DNA of 25,474 bases from IMG/VR virus record IMGVR_UViG_3300008255_001971, positions 1 to 25,474 of that record. One strand, given 5' to 3'. The notes under the pieces were generated by a model. That model did not search any database. It had not been told where the DNA came from and saw nothing but the letters and a program-made list of their open reading frames with translations. Both the position numbers and the translations under genes were made by a program. Source of the DNA: a virus (lineage: Duplodnaviria > Caudoviricetes). Shown here piece by piece: positions 23,783-25,474 of the stretch. Within the stretch, counting starts at the first letter, position 1. Each line of letters begins with the position of its first letter.

Positions 23783-24441
23783 GCACTCCTGTAACTGAGG
23801 TAAAGGGTAACTACCTTTTTGACCTAGACGGCACGCTGGCAGTCTATGACGGTTGGAAGGGTCCGGAGCATATCGGGGAACCGATCAAGCCGATGGTGAA
23901 CCGGGTGAAGAAGATGCTGGCGGAGGGGAAGGACTGCCGGATCTTCACGGCGCGCATCTTCCCTTTGGAGGTTCCCGTTGGTGTGACATTTTCCGAACCC
24001 GACAAGCTACCAGCCGACGCAAGGCCAGCGGGAATTGCCTCCGGTTACATTCAGGCTTGGTGCTTGGAGCATCTAGGGCAAATCCTGCCGATTACTTGTC
24101 GGAAGGACTACGGCACGGTTGAAATCTGGGATGACCGGGCGGTAGGCGTGCTCCTGAATCGGGGCGTGGACCGGGAGACACTGGTAGCAATGCACCTTCA
24201 CCGGGTTCTGACGGTAGCGGGCATCTTCGTAACCCAAGGCGACGGATTTGCGCACGGTGCGGACAAGGCATGCGCACAAATCAGGAAGATTTACCGCGCA
24301 TTCGAAGACGTGAAGGCACTGGTGGACGGAGCGGCGGACGCGCTGGAATTTGCCGGGAAGGTTGCGGGCATCAATCCGGACCTTCACCGAGCACGAGCGA
24401 ATCTTACGAAGGCGAACGGGATACTGAAAGCCCCACTTTAA
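23779..24441 (+). CDS. HAD-superfamily phosphatase (phage PNK-phosphatase-like) with C-terminal helical extension
   Basis: Motif I FDLDGTL, motif II IFTAR, motif III K (TCRKD) and motif IV WDDRA. Confidence 0.85.
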   Translation: MSTPVTEVKGNYLFDLDGTLAVYDGWKGPEHIGEPIKPMVNRVKKMLAEGKDCRIFTARIFPLEVPVGVTFSEPDKLPADARPAGIASGYIQAWCLEHLGQILPITCRKDYGTVEIWDDRAVGVLLNRGVDRETLVAMHLHRVLTVAGIFVTQGDGFAHGADKACAQIRKIYRAFEDVKALVDGAADALEFAGKVAGINPDLHRARANLTKANGILKAPL

Positions 24442-24466
24442 CCCCAACAATCAACAAGGACTGACG

Positions 24467-24610
24467 ATGACCGAGCGACCAATATTAGGTGAGCCATATC
24501 GAGCGGCGCGGCAAAGTTATCAAACGCTGTGGCAGTCCATCAACGGATCCGACTCATGGGCCGAAAACCCGTGGGTATGGGTCGTGTCTTTCCGGAGGGT
24601 GCGACCATGA
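24467..24610 (+). pseudogene. Internally deleted remnant of a conserved phage ASCH/PUA-like protein
   Basis: 47 aa: MTERPIL (family N-terminus, usually MKERPILF) fused in frame to LWQSINGSDSWAENPWVWVVSFRRV (family C-terminus). Not in the ORF track. Confidence 0.65.
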
Positions 24611-25080
24611 AGGACACGATACGATTCCTTGCGGTAGGCTTCTGCCTGCTGTTCTACATTCCCGCAGTGATTGCCAAAGAGAAGTGGGAAGTGGCCAAGA
24701 AACGGCGGTCCTTCACGTTTAACACGATGGACGAACAGGCGATGCTCAAGGCGATCCGCCAGGTTGAAAGCAACGAGGATCCACGGGCAGTAGGGAAGAA
24801 GGGAGAACGCAGTGCGTATCAGTTCATGCCCGCTACATGGGCACTCTACTCGAAGCGTCCATTCATCGAGGCGACGACGAACCCAATGGAGGCGGAGCGG
24901 GTTGCTGAAAAGCATCTGCGAACGATAGCCACCGCTTTGAACACATTCGACGGCAAGCAAAGAGCCGAGTGGGTAGGAGCAGCATGGAACTACGGTATCC
25001 GCTACGCCGTGATTCTGTCGGACAAAGACCACCCCCAGCGAGTAGCCAACCTTTACTTTGAATTTCTTATCAGACCATGA
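24607..25080 (+). CDS. Lytic transglycosylase (SLT domain) with N-terminal signal or anchor
   Basis: Start moved to ATG 24607 (ATGA overlap). Hydrophobic N-terminus FLAVGFCLLFYIPAVIA, then motif I QVES (catalytic Glu), motif II AYQFMPATW and motif III AAWNYG. Confidence 0.85.
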   Translation: MKDTIRFLAVGFCLLFYIPAVIAKEKWEVAKKRRSFTFNTMDEQAMLKAIRQVESNEDPRAVGKKGERSAYQFMPATWALYSKRPFIEATTNPMEAERVAEKHLRTIATALNTFDGKQRAEWVGAAWNYGIRYAVILSDKDHPQRVANLYFEFLIRP

Positions 25081-25146
25081 GCACATCATTCATACAACCA
25101 GGGCCGGCGAGATCCAACTCTGCGTCGAAATCATAGATCCACAACC

Positions 25147-25474
25147 ATGAAAACAAACAGACTGATTAAACTGCTGGAATCAATGGACGCCTGCCACGAA
25201 TCCATCGAATGGGTCCGGGCCAATAACATCACCACACCGGCCGACGCATGGTCCAAGTGTGACCGTGGCGACTGGATGCTCTGGTTCGCTGGTAAGCGAA
25301 GCGGTGAGCCGGAAGGCAATGGGCGCAAGAAACTCGTTTTGGCGTGCTGCGAGTGTGCCCGGTTGGCGTTGCCCCACGCCACATCCCCAACTGCGCTTGC
25401 GTGCATTGAGACGGCGGAGGCATGGGCGCACGGTGGGGCGACAATAGAACAGGTGCGGGAAGCTAAAACTGCCG
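25147..25474 (+). CDS. Phage protein with Imm5-like helical domain, 3'-truncated by the window edge
   Basis: Open frame MKTNRLIKLLESMDACHESIEWV...AWSKCDRGDWMLW...LVLACCECARLALP...ACIETAEAWAHGGATIEQVREA runs off the end. Not in the ORF track. Confidence 0.65.
   Translation, partial: MKTNRLIKLLESMDACHESIEWVRANNITTPADAWSKCDRGDWMLWFAGKRSGEPEGNGRKKLVLACCECARLALPHATSPTALACIETAEAWAHGGATIEQVREAKTA

Larger units (their letters stand above)
1..25474. mobile_element. Temperate bacteriophage genome segment (virion module, integrase/attP, control region, early genes); likely the excised or free form
   Basis: Contains capsid, scaffold, adaptor and gp10-like genes, a tyrosine integrase beside a tRNA 3' fragment, and typical phage early genes (DUF2303, SMC-like ATPase, HNH remnant). 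Phage genes lie on both sides of the att core and no host genes are seen. Confidence 0.93.

Noticed and set aside
25077-25136. 19-codon ORF coupled to the SLT stop (MSTSFIQPGPARSNSASKS)
   Set aside because: It is too short and featureless to support as a gene, although it could be another remnant.

Overview
The whole window reads as part of a temperate tailed phage genome, most likely podovirus-like and probably from a diderm (Gram-negative) host. No host housekeeping genes are present. From left to right: (1) a cluster of membrane or envelope genes (a Ser-His signal-peptidase-like protein, a lipoprotein with a long coiled coil and three TM helices, and a TM-plus-coiled-coil protein); (2) a scaffold and an N4-gp56/DUF4043-like major capsid protein; (3) a neck/tail module in which a Thr/Ser-rich, mucin-like 637-aa protein is directly followed by a GT-A glycosyltransferase, ending in a P22 gp10-like protein; (4) a convergent tyrosine integrase with a coupled Cys-rich ORF; (5) an apparently intact attP, made of the 3' half of tRNA-Arg(ACG) flanked by 22-bp arm-type direct repeats; (6) a control region with an XRE HTH gene and a divergent pair of paralogous ribbon-helix-helix (RHH) genes, the leftward one leading an operon with a PAS-like protein and a small membrane protein; (7) a long, translationally coupled early operon (SMC-like ATPase, Xis-like HTH, RecT-like protein, DUF2303 pair, HAD phosphatase, SLT transglycosylase, Imm5-like protein) that includes two internally deleted gene remnants. 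The best candidates for new biology are the mucin-like protein/glycosyltransferase pair, the twin-RHH/PAS switch and the possible coiled-coil unimolecular spanin with its dedicated peptidase. All family assignments come from reading motifs by eye; no database searches were run.
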